Shown piece after piece: positions 37,735-52,338 of a stretch of DNA of 64,000 nt. The notes beneath the pieces were generated by a model. The model searched no databases and was not told the DNA's origin. It was given only the letters and a program-made list of their open reading frames with translations. The stretch comes from Chrysomallon squamiferum (lineage: Eukaryota; Animalia; Mollusca). Position numbers and translations under genes: made by a program. The stretch is taken from positions 30,132,001-30,196,000 of the forward strand of contig CM022672.1 of assembly GCA_012295275.1 (NCBI GenBank), given 5' to 3'. Numbering within the stretch: position 1 is the first letter of the stretch; every line of letters starts with the position of its first letter.

Positions 37735-40700
37735 AAGACTTATGAACAATTGAAAACCTTGATAGGAAATCATCTCAAACCAAAGCCTTTGATGATTGCA
37801 GAACAGTTCAAATTCTATCAACGGAAACAAGAGCCAGGAGAAAATGTAAGTGAATTTTTGGCTGAATTAAGAAAATTGACAGAACATTGTGAATTTGGTG
37901 CATTTTTGACTGAAGCATTAAGAGACATTTTGGTCTGTGGTCTGTCTGAAAAGTCAATACAGAAAAAACTTCTCTCTGAACATGACTTATCACTGAGGAA
38001 AGCCTTGCAAATAGCTGTTAGTATGGAAATGGCAGCTAGAGAAACTGATATGCTGACAATTGGAATGAAGCCAGAAACAGAAAAGTTCCACAAAGTTTCT
38101 GTCATTGAATGCTTCCGGTGCGGTGAAACTAATCATCATCCTGATGCATGTTTTTACAAAAAGGAAAACTTTTATTAGTGTAATGAAACAGGACATTTGA
38201 GTAGAAAATGTCGAATTCAATAGAAAAAAAAATAGAAAGGCAGGAAAGCAAACAGATGGAAAAAGGAAAAAAGAAATTTCAAAGGTTGAAAAAGAAAACT
38301 CAAAACTTCTTGTTGTAAATCAAGATTCTGATAGGGACCTTACGGAATCAGAAAGTGGTTCCAGTAATTCGGAAAGTGAAAATGCTGAATCTGAAACAGG
38401 CTTAAAAGTTCATGAGGTTCATGAACAATCTGGAAATAACAAAAGTGAATCAGAATTTATAAAAGCTGTTCTAGAAAATAAAGAGGTTGCAATGGAAAGA
38501 AATGACAGTGATTTTAAACAGTCAATTTTCTCAGTGAAATCTAAGAAAGCGAAAGAAATTCAAATTTCACTGGAACTCAATGGTGTGCCATTCAAAATGG
38601 AAGTAGATACAGGTGCTTCTGTATCAATAATTTCTAATAAGAGTTATCAGGAAAAATTGAAGAAAACAGTGCCATTGATATCAACATCGATTGTGTTGAA
38701 AACTTATACAGATGAAGTGGTGCCAGTCCTTGGGCAAATTGAGGTGATTGTTAAATATGGAAAGCAGAAAAAACTTTTACCTTTAATTGTGGTGAAAGGA
38801 AATGGACCAACTTTGTTTGGACGGAATTGGTTCCAAAACATTCAGTCGGACTGGAACAGTGTTAAGCTTATGAAAGCTTCGAAGATGAAAGCCTGTGGAA
38901 ACCCCACAAGATTTGTTCAGTAGATATTCAATTTTTTCAAATGAAATGGGAACGGTAAAAGGCATAACAGCTCATCCGAAAGTGAAAGAGGATGCTACTC
39001 CAAAGTGTTTCAAGGCTAGGCCAGTACTTTATGCTTTGAAGGAAAAGATAGCTGATGAACTACACAGACTTGAAGCAGAAGGAATAGTAGAAAAGGTGGA
39101 TTTTTCTGAATGGGCTTCTCCTATTGTACCTGTTTTAAAACCTGACAACACCATTCGCATTTGTGGCGATTACAAGGTTACCATAAATCCTGTGTTGGAA
39201 GTGCCTGAATACACTTTGCCCACTGCAGAAGACATTTTAGTTGCTTGATGAAGAGTCATGAAATTCTGTCACAGTCAGTACTCACCTTGCACTTTATCGC
39301 TATACAAGGTTGCCGTTTAGCGTTGTTGCAGCGCCTGCTATTTTTCAGCAAACTATGGACAAAGTGCTTCAAGGGCTAAAAGGTGTAGGTTACATTTTGG
39401 ATGACATCATAGTCACTGGAAAGGATGACACCGAACACTTGAAACATTTGAAAAACACTTTGAAACACCTAAAAACAAATATGGAATTCAACTGAAAAAG
39501 TCCAAGTGTGCATTGATGAAAGATGAAGTTGAGTACTTTGCATTTATTGTGAACAAAACTAGGATTCAACCTTATAAAAGAAAAGCTGAAGCTATTCTGA
39601 AAGTGCCTGAATCTAAGAACAAGAGTGAGTTGCAATCTTGATTAGGTATTGTGAATTACTATCGCAAGTTTGTACCCAACACGTCAACAGTGGTGGCACC
39701 GCTAACAGTGTTGTTAACCAAAGACTCAGAGTGGAAATGGAGTGACGATTGTCACCAAGCATTTTCCAAAGTGGGGAAAACTGTTAGCATCATCTAAAAT
39801 TCTTGTAAAATTCTTGGTATGACTCGATGAAACCAGTAATGTTGGCAGTAGATGCATCTGTGCATGGTCTTGGAGCGGTAATATCACATGGAAATGAAGG
39901 ATCAGATAGGCCAATAGCATACGCTTCTAGAACTCTGACATCAGCAGAATGCAAGTATTCCCAAATTGAGAAAGAAGCACTGGCAATAATTTTTGGAATA
40001 CACAAGTTCCATCAGTACCTGTATGGTAGAAGATTTACTTTGTTCACAGATCATAAACCACTGACAATGATTCTTGGACCTAAAAAGAATATTCCTGTTC
40101 TGACAGCTTCTCCACTACAGCGTTGGGCTATTCAGTTAGCTGCATATCAGTTTGACATTAAGTACAGAAAAACTACCAAAAATGGAAATGCTGATGCATT
40201 GTCCCAAATACCACTTCTGCAAACTGAAGAAATATCTGAAAGTGTGTTTTGGCATGAAGACAAGCAAGCAATGAGAAATCAAGTCAATGGATTACCTATC
40301 ACTGCAAGGAATATTGAGAAAGCAACTGAAGTTGACAAAGTGTTATCTCGGGTTGTACATTATAACATGTATGGATGGCCAAAAGAGTCTTCTATTTCAT
40401 CTGAGCTGTTACCGTATTTCAGAGTGAAAGATGAATTAACAGTGGAGGAGCATTGTCTTCTCAGAGAATGCGAGTGATTATTCCCGATAAATATCGAACA
40501 GATATTCTGTATTATCTTCATGAAAATCATCCTGGAATTGTGCAAATGAAATCTTTGGCTAGACTGCATGTGTGGTGGCCTCATACAGAAAGTTAGCAAG
40601 TGTAAGCATTGCCAACTACAACAAACAGTCAGGCCAAAAAGTTTAGCTAATGCATGGATTTGGCCAACCAAACCATTCAAAGAATACATGTAGATTTTGC

Positions 40701-41030
40701 TGGACCATTCATGAAAGAAATGTTCATGATTGTGGTGGATGCACATTCTAAATGGATGGAAGTTTTTTGTGTGTCCAGTACCAGAGCAATGCATGCAGTA
40801 AAGACATTGAGAAATCTCTTTGCAAGTTATGGAATGGCAGAGCAGTTGATTTCTGATAATGGACCTCAGTTTGTTGCAGGGGAATTTGAAACATTTCTTA
40901 AGGAAAATGGAGTGAAACAAATCAAATCAGCTCCATACCATCCAAGTTCAAATGGTGAGGCAGAAAGAGCTGTTCGTACTTTCAAAACTGCAATAAAAAC
41001 AGTTGAACATGAGTCACGAACCATGAACAA
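37735..41030 (+). mobile_element. Degenerate Ty3/Gypsy LTR retrotransposon internal region (Mag-like): gag-PR-RT-RH-INT, truncated, no LTRs recognised
   Basis: gag (FYQRKQEPGENVSEF..LRD..VCGL; CFRCG..HHPDAC plus a second broken knuckle), protease VDTGAS, RT WASPIVPVLKPD..IRICGDYK / ILDDIIVTG, RNase H DAS..GLGAV/YSQIEKEALA/TDHKPL, integrase RIHVDFAGP/SDNGPQF/APYHPSSNGEAER. Many stops and frameshifts. Confidence 0.92.
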
Positions 41031-41330
41031 TCTTATCAGACTCAGAGTCGGCTACTTACCAACCTAAACGCAATCAGATTTATAAGTAAAAGCACCACAT
41101 CACCCAAATGCAGCTGTGGACTTTCTGAAACCATGAAACACTACCTATTTCACTGACCAGTTTATACCCAGGAACGACTAACATTACGTGATACATTGGA
41201 CAAACTAAAACTCGAGTTCACACTTCGAAACATCTTGGCACCAGACATGAAATATAGAGGGCTAGTCCTCGGTGCAGTAACAACTTACATTATTGAACAC
41301 AAAACACAAACTTTAAACTCAAAGAGATGA
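41030..41330 (+). mobile_element. 3' end fragment of a non-LTR retrotransposon (LINE, I-group-like) ORF2
   Basis: LIRLRVG...TSPKCSCGLSETMKHYLFH*PVYTQER... is the C-terminal RLR.G / C-x-C-x6-H-x4-C zinc knuckle of LINE ORF2, with the last Cys mutated to TGA. Confidence 0.65.
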
Positions 41331-42258
41331 AAGTTTGATTGATTTTTTATTTATTTATTAACACAATTACAATCAAACACATCAAACAAACACACCATAT
41401 AGAAAACCAAAACAAGAAATAAACAAATTGATTGACTTACAGATTGATTAGTTGAGCAGCCGATTGATCTTCTGATGGATCGGGTGATTCACAAATTAAT
41501 TCACTAGCCAATTAGACTAATATAACAAACATAATAATAATTTAAAAAATACTTACTTTCGGATTATAGGACCCAATAGGTTATTGGAACTTAAAACTGT
41601 ACATAATATATGTAAACAAGTTAACTACGTTCATATTCTTATTCTTTTCAGGTTCACAACTAAACTTTTCATTTCAGGCTTGAAAGAAAGAAATTAAAAA
41701 TTAAATAACCTAACATAGATCAAATGAAATTTTGTCAACACTTGTAAATATGTTCTGCACAAATTGACTACTAGTGTTTTAATTACTGATGTTGCTCATG
41801 TTAAACCAATAAAAATACCATTGGCAAGAGAAAAAAAGAAAAGAATAAAGGTTGGGAATTGTTGGATGATAAAGAAACAGCCAGCAAGGAGATGAAAATG
41901 TCAAGAGCACCCAAGAACTGAACAGCAACACGAACCTGATGATGAAAACAACAGATTGAATGAACTGCACAAGTCACAGACCACCAACAAATGGAAAACA
42001 ACAACAAAACGCTGCAGCCAGTTCGTTGCGATTTGATCTGTTCAACCCTCTCTTGTGTCCCGCAATAATAACGAGAAGCCCTTTCTCTTTACCGAAACTC
42101 TTTTCTGTGACAGACACACCTGCTGGCCTGTCAGAGCGCGAGCCTGTTGTAGACGTGCTTCACAACAGCTGGCTCTGATTAGCACGTTAAATTTTTTCCA
42201 TTCCATTCCATCAATAATAAAAAGGTATGAACCAATTCAATTAATTTGATCTAGACAA

Positions 42259-42294
<36 letters not shown>

Positions 42295-43695
42295 ATAAGT
42301 TAATGGTTAGTTCAAGAAAATGTCTATAAAATGAGAGAGAGAGAGAAAATACTTGTTTGGAAGTATAAAAATATAGTTAAGCTTGTTCTAAGCATCATCA
42401 TATTTCCACTTTAAATTAAACAAAATAAGAAATCAGTATGAAGGATAATAAAATAAAAAATTAACAAATTAAGAAACATAAATAAAACTATACATACATA
42501 CATGTTAAAATTATTATTTTGAAAATTAATATGAGATTTGGTCACACTGTCAGTGTCACGTTCAATGATTAATTCGTGACACTAATTTTGGATCATGAAG
42601 GTAATTGATTTATTTATTTTCATTATTTTCATTATTTATTAATTTAGGATTATGAAGATAACCGATTTATTTATTCTTATTATTTTATTATAATTATCAG
42701 CTTAAAGTAAACAATAACAATCAACATTCTCAAACCCACGAATACATTTTATTTTCTCCATCATCAAACTCTTTCCAAACTCTTCTGTTTGTAAAACAGC
42801 TAATAATATTTAAATCATAATAACCGGCTGTAACAGATATTAATTGCAATCTTGGTTTCTATGCGTTGTGCAATATTTAAATTATGGTCCGATTTTCACT
42901 TTTAAACTGCTCCTTTTATTCCCTCTAGTTTATGACAGAAAGTCGTTACATAAAAATAATATTAATTAAATTATATTCTTAATGACAGTAAATGACAAGT
43001 TAACAAGCATATAAATACAGTCTAAATTTAATTAGTTTGCATAATGAAATACATACAACTTCACTTATTCATGATTTTCGCGTTCCGCATTCCAGTTAAA
43101 TTCAAAGTAAAACTGCAACCGTTTACTGTAAAAAGCTACGCTACGCATTAAAACCCATAAACACTTGTTTTTGGATGGAAAAAAAGGTATTACTTTCAGT
43201 TTATTCTTGATTGTTTCATATAATTTAATCATGGAGTAGACTAAAAATATATTTCCTATTTTATTTTTCCTTTATATGTTGATAATATAATAAATGACAA
43301 ATGGCTACTTTGAAAGTTCAGAATATAGAAGATCAAAATTTAGAATCGAAACATAAAAGGAAAGAATTAAATAAAACACGAACTAACAAAAGTTTCGATC
43401 TCCACATCCAACCTGTTTTAGAAAATAGATCAGAGAATCTATATTTCATAAGTTAAAAGAAAAATAGACGTTTGAAAGTTAACTATCTTCAATTAGTTTT
43501 TTAAGATAACTAAAAACAAAATCGAAAATGCATAAATTATTAACACACTAGAAATGTTAGATTTTGTTTGTTAAATGTGACATCCAGACCAAACTAATTT
43601 TATCATTATTTTTTATTACTGTCATTGTGTTATATCTGTTACAAGTGTAATATAATAATAATTATTATTCCTATATTTTTCTTCTTCGTCTTCTT

Positions 43696-43726
<31 letters not shown>

Positions 43727-43763
43727 TTATTATTATTTTTATTTTGCAGAAAGATTTCAAGTA

Positions 43764-46532
43764 ATGACAGAAAACAAACAATACAATATTATCTTAGATG
43801 AAGTGAATTCTGCAAATGAAATGGAAAATGGAAAACATAGAAAAAGGAAAAAAATGAAAAGATCTAGAACAGTAGAAGAATCTGTTGATTCAGATGAAGA
43901 GACATGCACACCTTTCACTTCAGTAAACAACAAACATGAAGTGACATCATTAACAGAAAACATCGTAAATCAGACCAATTCAGAAATTGAAAAGAAAAAA
44001 AGAAAAAGAAAAAAGGAGAAAAAGTCGAGAAATGAAGAAGACTTCATTGATTGCAAAACTTTCACTCCAGAAAACAACATTCATGAAGAGACATCATCAA
44101 CAGAAAACATTATCTTAGATAATGTGAATTCTGTAAGTGATTCAGAGGATGGAAACAAATATTCTAAAAGGAAAAAGAAGAAAAAGCATAAAACAATGGA
44201 AGAAACAGACAAACAAGTGCTGAAACCACCAACAGATAAATTTCCATTAGACACAATGAATTCAGAGGATGGAAAAAAGTCTTCTAAAAGGAAAAAAAAG
44301 AAAAAGTCTAAAACAAAACAATTCATTGATTCCTCTTCATTAAGCGAACACCATGAAGCAACATCATTGACGGAAGGTGCTCCAGCAGATGTTAATGTAG
44401 TTGATGCGAATAAGAATGTGTTGGTGAAGAAACCGATTATTCCACTGTGGGTGCCAGATGAGGTGTCGGAGATTATTCATGGCAGTAACAGAGTAACAGA
44501 AACATTGATGAGAAATTCTGATTATCTACTACACAATCTTGGTTAGGTTTTTAGTTCTACCAGTATTATCCCAATCCTTATGTCTTTTCATAACTTGCTT
44601 GTCTGTCTGTCTGTGTGTGTGTGTGATCCATTCTTGCTAACCGTAAGAGAGTGGTGCATTATAAGCCTGTTTGTATGGTTCCTGCTGAATGGTCCTTAAT
44701 CAAATGGTACAAAAAATTATTGGTATTAAGTGCTGCTATAAGAATTTGTCAGTTATTCAGGTTCATGTAATTAAAAATTCCTTTTTACTGTTATCAGTTC
44801 TTCAACATTTAAGTTGTTTTATGTCTGTATCGTTAAAATAAAAATGAAAACTACATATTATTTATATATGTATGTAAGTATGTATGTATGTATGCATGTT
44901 AGCGAAAATATGTATTATCAGGAAATATGCATAATGCTTCAGTATTTCATAAAATGTGTCTAATATCCGATTCACTCAGTAAACTAGCTGTGCTTTAAAA
45001 GAAAACCATTTAAACATTTCCAGGCATACGGGTTAGAAAAGGATTCTGGACACCGGAAGAAGATCGAATTTTGAAGAAGAATTACAAAAGAGCTTTGAAG
45101 GTTTGTATTAGTGTTTGTGTGTTGTATATGTGCTTTATAAGTAAACTTATCTGGATTCGGCAGTTGAGGAAATGAACACAGCTATTGAAAGTTGACTACT
45201 CCAGGCATAAATACAACATGAAATTATCACAAGTTGTTATCTTGTTGTCTTTAACCCAATAGCCGATATGTTTTTCATGCTGGGCTGTTGTTATTCATTT
45301 ATTTGTGTGTTGTCTTCATTTATGTAACTAGTGTTTTTCAGCTGTTATTCTCCTACACAAAATATGTTGGCAACATGTTGAAATTTATTGTTGTCAGTAA
45401 ACACCTTTCAGCAGGCTTTCCCAATCCTGAGAAAGCACCCACCCAGGAGAAATCCACTCGATTAAGATCTGTCAACAAATTCATTACTTTATTTGTTATT
45501 AATGCCTTTTAGAAAACAGCATCAGAAACCAAAAACAAAGTTCTTTGTATGTATTAAATTACAGTTTCATTGTGTATAGGTGTCATATTTTGACTACACT
45601 GTGTGTGTTTGCAGGTGTGTATATGTTGGCTGATATAATAAGTTAGTAACAACAAGAAATACCTTTATTATGTAATTTGGAATTTTGTCACATTTGGTTT
45701 TTTACCTAGTTCTGACAACTAATTAAAAATGTATTCTTTTTTTCTTTTTGGAATAAATTTTCGACATTGTAAAATTAAAAATTGATTGGTTTCTTTTTAT
45801 ACGTTCTTCAGGATATATGTAAAGATGATCACCAATATATTTTATACGTAACAAGCGAATCACCTGCTCATTTACAAAAGCGAATTAGGGATATTATTCG
45901 GGAAACACGTTTCTACAGCAAACTTGGTAAGCTTATTTTATTCTTCAGTTTTCACGTTTCTGCTGATTCTTTGTTTTATTACTTCTGTTTTTTCATTCTT
46001 CTTTTTCTTCCATCTTTTTGTTTCATCTTACAGCAGACTTTTTTTTTTTTTTTTTTTTTGTTTTTTCACTTCTTGCTTCTCTTGTTATTTCATATTCACC
46101 TGTTTCTTTATTTCTTCTTTTTCTTCATTCCTTGTTTTCTTTTTTATTTCTTTTTATTTCTTCTTATTCTTTATTCCTCTGTTTTATTACTTCTGTTATG
46201 TCTTATTATTCACTTTTCTAGTATCTTCTTATTTTCCATTCATTTTTTTTTTTTTTTTTTTTTTAGTCTTGTTTCTTTTGATCATTTGGTCTCTTTATTT
46301 TTATTATTTTTTATTTATTATTATATTTTTTATTTCTTTTTTTTTTTTTTTGTCCTTTTCATTTTTCCACACACACACACAGAGAAGATATTATATTTTC
46401 TTGTTATTTATTTTTCTCATTTTCTCATATTTATCACTGATTTTGTTTGCACATTCATCTTTTATCTTTATTGTTTTATTTTTCTTGCTGTTTATTTCAG
46501 TTCTTAAATAATATTTAAAACATTTCTACTCA

Positions 46533-46579
<47 letters not shown>

Positions 46580-49500
46580 CTGTAATATTTTTTTTTTTAA
46601 TATAATAATTTATTAATTCTGTAGTGTTTTGGTTATGAATTACTGTCAGTGTTTCAAATACATATTCAAAACAGGTACAGTATACTGACTATTAGTTATC
46701 TGTTTAAATTTATTAATTTCCTGTTTTTATTATTATTTATTTTGTTTGCTGACATATAAGGAATATAGTCACATACAACTGTTTTCTGACAATAAGGTCA
46801 TTGAGTTATTTATTTTCAAATATTTACCACCATATCAAACAACGTCCCTGTATTATTCTTTATATTATTTGTCATTTTAATAACAAGAATTAACTTAAAT
46901 ATACTCACAGATACCATTCTTGGAATAATTTGGTGAATTTATATTTCACTTTATCTTTTGATATCCATCACAAATTCTTTCTGCTGAAGTCAGACGTGGT
47001 TGCCACTGATGACGTCATAACCTAATGATTTCAAATGTTAAACATTTTATTTAATGTTGTTACATTACCAAGTGAGATTTTATAATGTTTAATGTTTTTT
47101 CATTTTTTTTTTCATTATATTTTATTATATTTTTAAAATTTATATTATTATTTTTTTTTTCATAAATAAATAAATCTACATTGTTTTAGAAATAGTAGTT
47201 TGTTCTGACTTACTAGTTTGACAGTTTTTCTTTTTTAACAAGAAACCTTAGGACTATGAATATAAGTACATCATGATATCTTGTAAACTTAAGATTCAAT
47301 CTTTCTTCTTCAGCATCATTTCTTTTTAAGTTGAAACAAGTAAATTAAGAATAATTCAACAGGTTTAAAAATCTCTAAATATAATTTTCAAAGATATCAT
47401 CATAAACATATTTTTCTTAACAAATATTTCTTCTTTTTTCTTTTTTTAAATTTATTTATTTATTTTTTAGTCACTAATTATAAACAATCAGTGTTGTAAT
47501 GTGAAATATGATTGGGTAAGAGCGACATTACTCCAAAAATAGCACATACCTCAATAGAAACAAAAAAGATATATATATTAGAAATACGCAAAAAATAGAT
47601 AATTCTTTGAAAAAGAATACAAAAAAAAAATTGTTTATATATAATCTAAACATATTATTATATGCATTCAATTATTCATTCTTCTGTAACAGCAGTCAGA
47701 TAAAACTGTTTATTGTAAGTGTGCAAAGCGTGTATCATACCATAACAGACAGACACATTTTTAAAACATTTACTACATGCCATATTTGTTTCTTGTGTTA
47801 CAGGTAAGAACTTGAACAGAACACCAAAGTCATGCCTAAGAAGAGCCAAACATATTTTTCAGCAATACAAAGTCAGTGGAAGGTGAATATAGTTTTATAC
47901 TAGCTAAAGAGTGGTTCAGTATTAGATAATTCAGGTAGAGCTATTTTAATAATGTAGTGTCTGTGGGTGGACTGTGTGTGTGTGTGTGTGTGTGTGTGTT
48001 TCACAGACTTTAACACACACACACACAGACACATAGTCACACATACATACATACACATACATAGATATGTATATGCACATGCATATATACACACACATAC
48101 ACAGACACACACACAAACACACAGTTACATACATACATACATACACAGACATTCACATGCTTAACATATGTGCATGCATATTTTTATACACACAGACATA
48201 GACACACACACTGACACACAGCCAGACAGTTATGGACATAAAATGTTGCAGGTTTACAGAAGAGGAGAAGCAGGAATTGGAGAGACTTGTAGACAAGTAT
48301 GGACCCAAGTGGCTCAAAATAGGAAGAATGATGGGAAGGTCTCCTGATTCAGTGTCTGCCTTCTACTACCAGATAAGAAGCAAAGGAGGTAAGACTTCTG
48401 TTATAGTGTTTCCCCCAGACTGGAAAAGAGGGATTTTTTTCTTCTTCTTTTTTTTACCACCTGTCATCAAAAGGGCAGTGTTGACAAAGTGTCATAGTCA
48501 AACTTTTGTAATTATTTGTTAAAAACTGTCATTTCTATTTTTTTTATTAGCCCCAAAAAGTGTTGTTTGTATTTGTTTATTGGCACTAAAATGTACTGTT
48601 CATATTTGTTTATTACTGGTAAAAAGTGTCATTTGCATTTGTTTATTGGCGCTAAAAAGTGTCATTTGTATTTGTTTATCAGCGCTAAAAAGTGTCATTG
48701 GTATTTGTTTATCAGCCTTTCATTTGTATTTGCACTAAAAAATTTGTATTTACTGTGTCATTGTTTATTTGTTTATTAAAAAGTGTCATTGGTATTTGTT
48801 TATTGGCACTAAAAAGTGTCATTGGTATTTGTTTATTGGCACTAAAAAGTGTCATTGGTATTTGTTTATCAGCGTTAAAAAGTGTCATTGGTATTTGTTT
48901 ATTGGCACTAAAAAGTGTCATTGGTATTTGTTTATTGGCACTAAAAAGTGTCATTGGTATTTGTTTATTGGCACTAAAAAGTGTTGTTTGTATTTGTTTA
49001 TTGGTGCTAAAAAGTGTCATTTGTATTTGTTTATCAGCGCTAAAAAGTGTCATTTGTATTTGTTTATCAGCCTAAAAAGTGTCATTTGTATTTGTTTATC
49101 AGCGCTAAAAAGTGTCATTGGTATTTGTTTATTGGCACTAAAAAGTGTCATTGGTATTTGTTTATTTGTCATTGGTTGGCACTAAAAAGTGTCATTGGTA
49201 TTTGTTTATCAGCGTTAAAAAGTGTCATTGGTATTTGTTTATTGGCACTAAAAAGTGTCATTGGTATTTGTTTATTGGTGCTAAAAAGTGTTGTTTGTAT
49301 TTGTTTATTGGTGCTAAAAAGGTGTCGTTTGTATTTGTTTTTTAGTGTTGAAAATTAATATTTGCTTGACAGATCAATGCCTGCAGATGACAATAATTAC
49401 AGACTTATTTGAGGCAATATTGCAGTAATTATCATCATGTTTTACAGACAATTTAGACAAATGAGGGCAGACATTTTCTGAATTTCAGGCACAATGGTGG

Positions 49501-49642
49501 CCCCAAAATGTTGCAGGGTGGCCGGCCATCCTATTCCTGCATATGAACAAATCTATATTAAACATGTTTCTCATGCTAGGACATATTTTGCTGATAATAA
49601 AAGGTGTTACAAGTGTCTTGCTAACAGGATGATTTAACAGTA

Positions 49643-49689
<47 letters not shown>

Positions 49690-51260
49690 AAGCTGGTTTT
49701 CAAAACATGCACATATATGAAAACATACATGCATGTATTGGAAGAAATAATAAAAAAAAATTAATTATCATGTTTCGGTCTTTTTATTTTTTATTTTTAT
49801 TTTATTTTTATTTTTTTTGAGATGCTGTATACTATGTTTGGCTCCGAAATTAAACCAGATATATATTTATTTATTTTATTTTTTTATTATTATTATTAAT
49901 TTATCTATTTATTTATTTATTAATTTATTTATATGTTTATTTATTTTTATTATTTTTATTTATTTATTTGTTTGTTAATAAAGGTAAAGGAAGATTCTCA
50001 GATCTAGAAACACAACAACTGCGCGAGGCTGTAGAAGATGTAATGAAAAAGCACAACATTCCTAGTGACCAGTACCGACATCTTCCCTGGGCAGAGATAG
50101 CCAGCAAAGTGCCCACTCGGACAGTGTGTCAGTGCAAGAAACACTGGTTTGTCCACTACCTGGTCAGTGAATCAGCACTGGCCATTTGTTTTATCTTTCA
50201 TCTGTCAAAAGAGAGAAAAATTTAGAAATTTAGTTTTTGTTTGGGACTATAATAGAAATGTGACACTGATCATTAAGACATTATGGTAATGATGTTGGAA
50301 AACCAATTTCATTGAAATATTTAATGATTAGGCCATCGTGGAGTATTTGTGTGTGGATGTGTTTCTTTCTTATATCTTTTTTTTTCTCCTTTTTTTCTCC
50401 AGTGTTAACTTAAGGCAGCAGATAGTCATGTTGTTTCTATTATAAAACAGATTACATATAAAAAAAAAAAAAACATTTCAACTAATGACAAACTAGTTTC
50501 CCTAATATTTTTTGAATCCAGTCTTAAATTTTTTGTACAAATATAAACAAATACTTCAGTTCATCATTTAACAGAATAAATTAAGATAGTTTGTAAAAGT
50601 GATACATCCATGTATTAACTTCATTTTGCTTTTTTTTCTTGCAGGCTTTTTCGTATTCATGATGACAGTAAAAATCATAAACGAGTATTTGGCAAGATAG
50701 AAAACAAAAGATTGTTCGTTAAACTGTGAGTAATTTACTTCTGGCAGTAGTTCACTTCTCATTCATAGGAATCTGGTTCACTGCTCTTAATGGAGTCTGA
50801 TTGAACATTCCTTTGATTTAGTAACTAATTTGAATATCTCAAAAAAAAATTGTTTCTAACAAAATAGCTAAATATATTATTTTAAATCTTTAAAAAATGT
50901 TGTTATAGATAATTATATTTTGATAAAAAAAGAATTAAAAAATTAAAATTTTAGCAATTTATGAATTATTGGTTATTATATCTTTCTTTCTCATGTAAAT
51001 GTTGTATTTAGGATCTAAATACAAAAATTCTTATAAATATAATTTTTTTTTATATATTTCCCTGTGTTTATTTTTTCATCTGTGGTGGTTTTTGTTTCAG
51101 AATAAATGAAGTTGAAGTAGCTCATGAGTTTGACATTGACTGGTCTGAGATTGCCAAGGAATTTGGCAAGTAAGTTTAGTGGTGAAGTGTCACCACTTCA
51201 CAGTTGACAGATACTGAGTTCGTATCCCTGCACATGCTTCTGAGTCAGAACTCGTTTACA

Positions 51261-51300
<40 letters not shown>

Positions 51301-52296
51301 TGTTTGTGTGTGTGTGAGGAAGCTCTGTCTATTTTTTTTATATATCTTTCAGTCCTGAATAAAGACATTTCTGTATTAATTATATTAAAAGTTAAAAGTG
51401 CCTGTACATTTTGTAATTAAATAGTCATTTGATTTCATTCATTAAAATTACACTGAAAATATTTTATTTTGCAAAAATTGAGATTCATTCTATTTATATT
51501 TTTTTGTCAATGATTATCATTTAAATTAGTTTAAATCAGTATATTTGAATTACATTTTAAACATTTTATTTAGAATTTTTTAAATTACACTTTTAATCAA
51601 GATCTTTTAAATCAGTTTAAATACCAGAATTTTGAATTACAGTTTAATTTGAGATATTTGTAAACTACAGTTTAAATGAAGATGATTTGAATAGCTCTGT
51701 TAGCAGCTTTTCACTAATGTATGACTAGTTACAAAAGCTGATAATTATGTCTACTAATATCTTTAAATTTTATTTACAGCAAGATGACACCAAAGTATTT
51801 ACAGACATACTGGAATAAGTTAAAGAGACAGTATGTTCCTGATTTTTACACAATGTCTTTTGATGGTATGATTTTAAGTTTTCTTTATTATTTTTTACTT
51901 TTAAAAAAAATTTAAAATTTAAAAAAAAAAAAAATTTCATTGAACAATTAATGTCACCACAATCATCATCACCATTTTTATTATTTTTATTAATTATAAT
52001 TATTATTACTACTACTAATATTGTTTTTGTTATTTTTTTATAGTTACCATAGTTTTTAAAATATTACTTATTTTTGTTATTATTTACATTTTTATTAAAT
52101 ATCTTTATATTAATATGTAAATTGTACAGTTCAGATGTGATACTGTTCACAACATGAAAGTGTTTATTCTAAATACATAGTTACATATTCAATTTTATTA
52201 TTATATTTTGCTTTTTGATCTGGTTATGGTGTCGAGATCTTTGCATATTCATCATTTTATTACTTTAATTTGTCCATTATTAATATTATTTTATCT

Positions 52297-52338
<42 letters not shown>

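Noticed and set aside
48516-49358. Repetitive ORFs (KKCHWYLFIGT / LKSVIGICLLA)n
   Set aside because: Translations of a 33-nt intronic minisatellite, absent from the paralog and open in several frames.
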